Source of the DNA: an uncultured Thiomicrospira sp.
GTDB taxonomy: Bacteria > Pseudomonadota > Gammaproteobacteria > CAKMZV01
DNA length: 64,000 bases
Reading direction: 5' to 3'
Assembly (NCBI GenBank): GCA_965195345.1
Contig: OZ239628.1
Span: 224,001-288,000, forward strand
The notes beneath the pieces were generated by a model. It was given only the letters and a program-made list of their open reading frames with translations. It was not told the DNA's origin and made no database searches. Of this stretch, positions 61,330 to 64,000 are shown piece after piece (within the stretch, counting starts at the first letter, position 1; every line of letters starts with the position of its first letter). Made by a program: the position numbers and the translations under genes.

Positions 61330-61555
61330 GAGATTTATTAGTGGCAGTGTTTTTAAGGTGGGTTGATGAAGTACGTTGATGCAAAGCTCCGTGTAAAGAG
61401 AAAATGCTCAGAAGGTAAGTATTGGAGTCAAACGTATAACCTACTAAACTCAGCAACTATGCGAGTTCAATTTAAGTAGACAGCGAGGATTTAATCCATT
61501 GGGTCAATAGATTGGAACAATTGAGTTGAAGAATTATTAGGAATAACAAGCAGGT

Positions 61556-64000
61556 ATGATTTTGCGCAAATTTGGCGATTTTCTCAAAAAAACATTGCAA
61601 AGCAGCATTGTTCTTTTTGTTGTCGCTTTTTATTCGCCCATAACCAACGCTAATCCGCCCGGCGCCTTTTATCTTGATTTAACAACCATCGAAGACAGTG
61701 CGGCATTTCCTATTTCGCATGGGCCATCTGGGACAAATAGTAGCTCCGGTGGAGGAACTCCAACATATTCTGTTAGCACAACCAATTTTGGCTTCGGAAC
61801 GGTTTCAATCAATAGCGCCAACGGAACGCTACTATTTGCTCGAGTGCCCGGTGGCTTTGGTGGACCAGTACCCATAACCGTAACGATATCCGATTTAAAT
61901 GGTACGGGAACGACTGTTCTCAACTATACAGTCACTGAAACCGAATATGTTCCAACGAGTCCAGTATTTACGATAAATTCTGCAGTCACAGATCTTAACG
62001 GTGTCTCTATCGGGTCTGCGGTGGGTTTGCTACAAGATGATGTTATTGAGCTCCGTGTTGGAAGCTCTATGACCAGATATGTAGTATTACAAAGTGCTAC
62101 TGGTGGCACTGCCAACGATGGGGAGAGTTCTAATTGGCCATCATCTCTTGCCAGCGCCTTTAATCTTGAGAATGGCGCTGGTGTTTTAGTGGGAGAATGT
62201 TCGCTAGGAGGGATTACTATACCTTCGGTATCGATACCTAATTCTTCTGCAATAAGCAGAACGCTTGATGACGAGTGTACATCCGGAGCAAATATCCCCA
62301 TTACAAGCACCTTCCAAAACGTTGTGCGTATAAACCGCAACGGTCCTATACCTTTAACTGCACCAATTTCCCTTACTTTATACCGCGCTCCACCGCTCGC
62401 TGTTTCAACGAACTCGGTGTCAGCAGATGCAGATTTCGGACTACCGATTGTTATTAATGCAACTGCCACTCGGGAAACCACTTCTTCTGCCAGTATTGGA
62501 CCCAGAATAGCATACACCGTCTCACAATCAGTACCAGGTGTTGTTGCGGTTACTTTTACAACAGGACAAATAATACTAACGTCCATACCTAATGCATTTG
62601 GTCAAACAACGCTTACTGTAGTAGCCGCAGGGGGCGGAGGTCTGCTTAGCACAACTGAGACAATTGCAGTTGCAATCGCAAGAATTAACGACCCACCAAC
62701 GATTGAAGTATCAACCAATGCGCTCACGCTGACTGAAGACTTTAGTCCGAATTTTGTCATTAACGTCACGGCAACCGACACGGAAGATGTGACACCAAAT
62801 TTTAGTGTTGTAGCATCCACAGATAGTATTGTCACATTTACGACATCACAAAACACGATCCAATTATCACCAGTTCTTAACGCTAATGGCGTGGTGACGC
62901 TGAGCATTTCTGTAGCTGACTCGTCTAATGTGATTACGACAACGCAAATAGTGGTGACGGTGCTTGAAGACAATGCACTATCGTTCAGACTGTCAACAAA
63001 TCAGCTTGTTATAAGTGAGAACGAAACGGACAGATTACAAAAAATAATTCTTTTCACAGATTTGGATATTCCACCCTCACAAATTCCCTCCCTCGGGTTA
63101 ACTGAGTTGACTGTGAGCATTACGGAGCGTGTAATTTCAGGGGACAACATATTTTCGACGAACCCAATATCAATTGCTACCTTTAGTAGCCGTAATCGTT
63201 CTACAATCTCTTTTATTGTTAGCGGTACTAATCTAATGGATTTAGCAGCCAGATCGGCTGTTTACTATATACAGAGACCAGACTCAGTGGGTGTTGGTGA
63301 AATTTCAGTTTCTATGCGCATTGAAAACGCTGGGACTGTTTTTACAGCTGTTGATACAATTGCTATTACAGTGGTGCCCGCCAACCATCCTCCAGTAATA
63401 ATACCACGTATTAGTGACTCATCAGGTTCCGTAGTTTCTGGAGGCGCTTTTTTCTATTACACAAGTACAGAGAACACGATAGAAGCGCATGCAAATAGAG
63501 TGGCGAACATAGCATCACCCGCCCGAGGATATTTGGGATTTTTCGAGACAGATGTGCAACGCACACAGGTAGAGTCTGTACGCCCAATTGCAAATAATAA
63601 TAATGAAATATTGGGAGTCGCTTCAACGGTAGTTGCCGGTTTAGGTGCAGGAGACGAAGCTTTTTATATCTTAAACAGCACACTGTTGACACGTTTTGGT
63701 GCATCTGGAGGAAGTTCAGGTACTACCGTCCCCGCTGCTGACGCATACGATATTGTCACGGCAATAGGTGTTGCGGCAGGTACCGCTTTGGGGAATGAGT
63801 ACTTACGGCGTGATGATACTGGCATCAGTTTTTTAAATGTGAGCTCAGGCCTTACAGATAGGGCTTTGTATCAGTTTAACGAAGGATTGGCATCGACCAA
63901 CTTAATCACTGTCGTTGCATTTGGAAACACGACCGCTACTAATTTCGTAACGCTAACAGGTTATGATTTAGATGGGACAGATGCTTTAGCATGGAGCGCT
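61556..64000 (+). CDS. Large secreted adhesin-like protein with cadherin/Ig-like repeats (5' part, runs off the window)
   Basis: Hand translation gives 815 open codons from ATG 61556: signal peptide MILRKFGDFLKKTLQSSIVLFVVAFYSPITNA, then T/S/V-rich beta modules (INDPPTI, TEDF, TATDTED, NANGVVTLSISVADS, ANHPPVI). Confidence 0.8.
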   Translation, partial: MILRKFGDFLKKTLQSSIVLFVVAFYSPITNANPPGAFYLDLTTIEDSAAFPISHGPSGTNSSSGGGTPTYSVSTTNFGFGTVSINSANGTLLFARVPGGFGGPVPITVTISDLNGTGTTVLNYTVTETEYVPTSPVFTINSAVTDLNGVSIGSAVGLLQDDVIELRVGSSMTRYVVLQSATGGTANDGESSNWPSSLASAFNLENGAGVLVGECSLGGITIPSVSIPNSSAISRTLDDECTSGANIPITSTFQNVVRINRNGPIPLTAPISLTLYRAPPLAVSTNSVSADADFGLPIVINATATRETTSSASIGPRIAYTVSQSVPGVVAVTFTTGQIILTSIPNAFGQTTLTVVAAGGGGLLSTTETIAVAIARINDPPTIEVSTNALTLTEDFSPNFVINVTATDTEDVTPNFSVVASTDSIVTFTTSQNTIQLSPVLNANGVVTLSISVADSSNVITTTQIVVTVLEDNALSFRLSTNQLVISENETDRLQKIILFTDLDIPPSQIPSLGLTELTVSITERVISGDNIFSTNPISIATFSSRNRSTISFIVSGTNLMDLAARSAVYYIQRPDSVGVGEISVSMRIENAGTVFTAVDTIAITVVPANHPPVIIPRISDSSGSVVSGGAFFYYTSTENTIEAHANRVANIASPARGYLGFFETDVQRTQVESVRPIANNNNEILGVASTVVAGLGAGDEAFYILNSTLLTRFGASGGSSGTTVPAADAYDIVTAIGVAAGTALGNEYLRRDDTGISFLNVSSGLTDRALYQFNEGLASTNLITVVAFGNTTATNFVTLTGYDLDGTDALAWSA

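Noticed and set aside
61669-63704. Minus-strand T/V/S-rich ORFs in the track
   Set aside because: Antisense shadows of the plus-strand adhesin frame

Overview
64 kb of a gene-dense, AT-rich gammaproteobacterial chromosome. Most of it is housekeeping: pyrF, class-1 pyrD, gluQ, glmU, rep, mnmC, gor, kdsB, proS, recG, tatABC, glcB, argJ, leuS, yceD-rpmF-plsX-fabH-fabD, selO, efp, gyrB, rib genes, smpB, bioD, the metY-rimP-nusA-infB-rbfA-truB operon and ggt, plus 5 tRNAs and RNase P RNA. Three regions stand out. (1) 12094-13977 is an 8-copy tandem array of a ~235-bp unit made of the last ~54 codons of glutathione reductase, the intergenic spacer and the last ~6 codons of the convergent OmpA-like gene. 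By hand alignment, 12 of the 13 substitution sites in the gor-derived part are synonymous and the copies are recombinant mosaics, which is unexpected for silent DNA. (2) 22190-29656 is a type IC restriction-modification locus between rnpB and tRNA-Thr. An ABC-ATPase with a C-terminal RxxxxH (HEPN-like) motif sits in the slot that prrC occupies in EcoprrI. (3) From 61556 a large secreted cadherin-like adhesin, absent from the ORF track, runs off the window behind a long, possibly structured leader. All calls are from motif recognition by eye; no searches were run.
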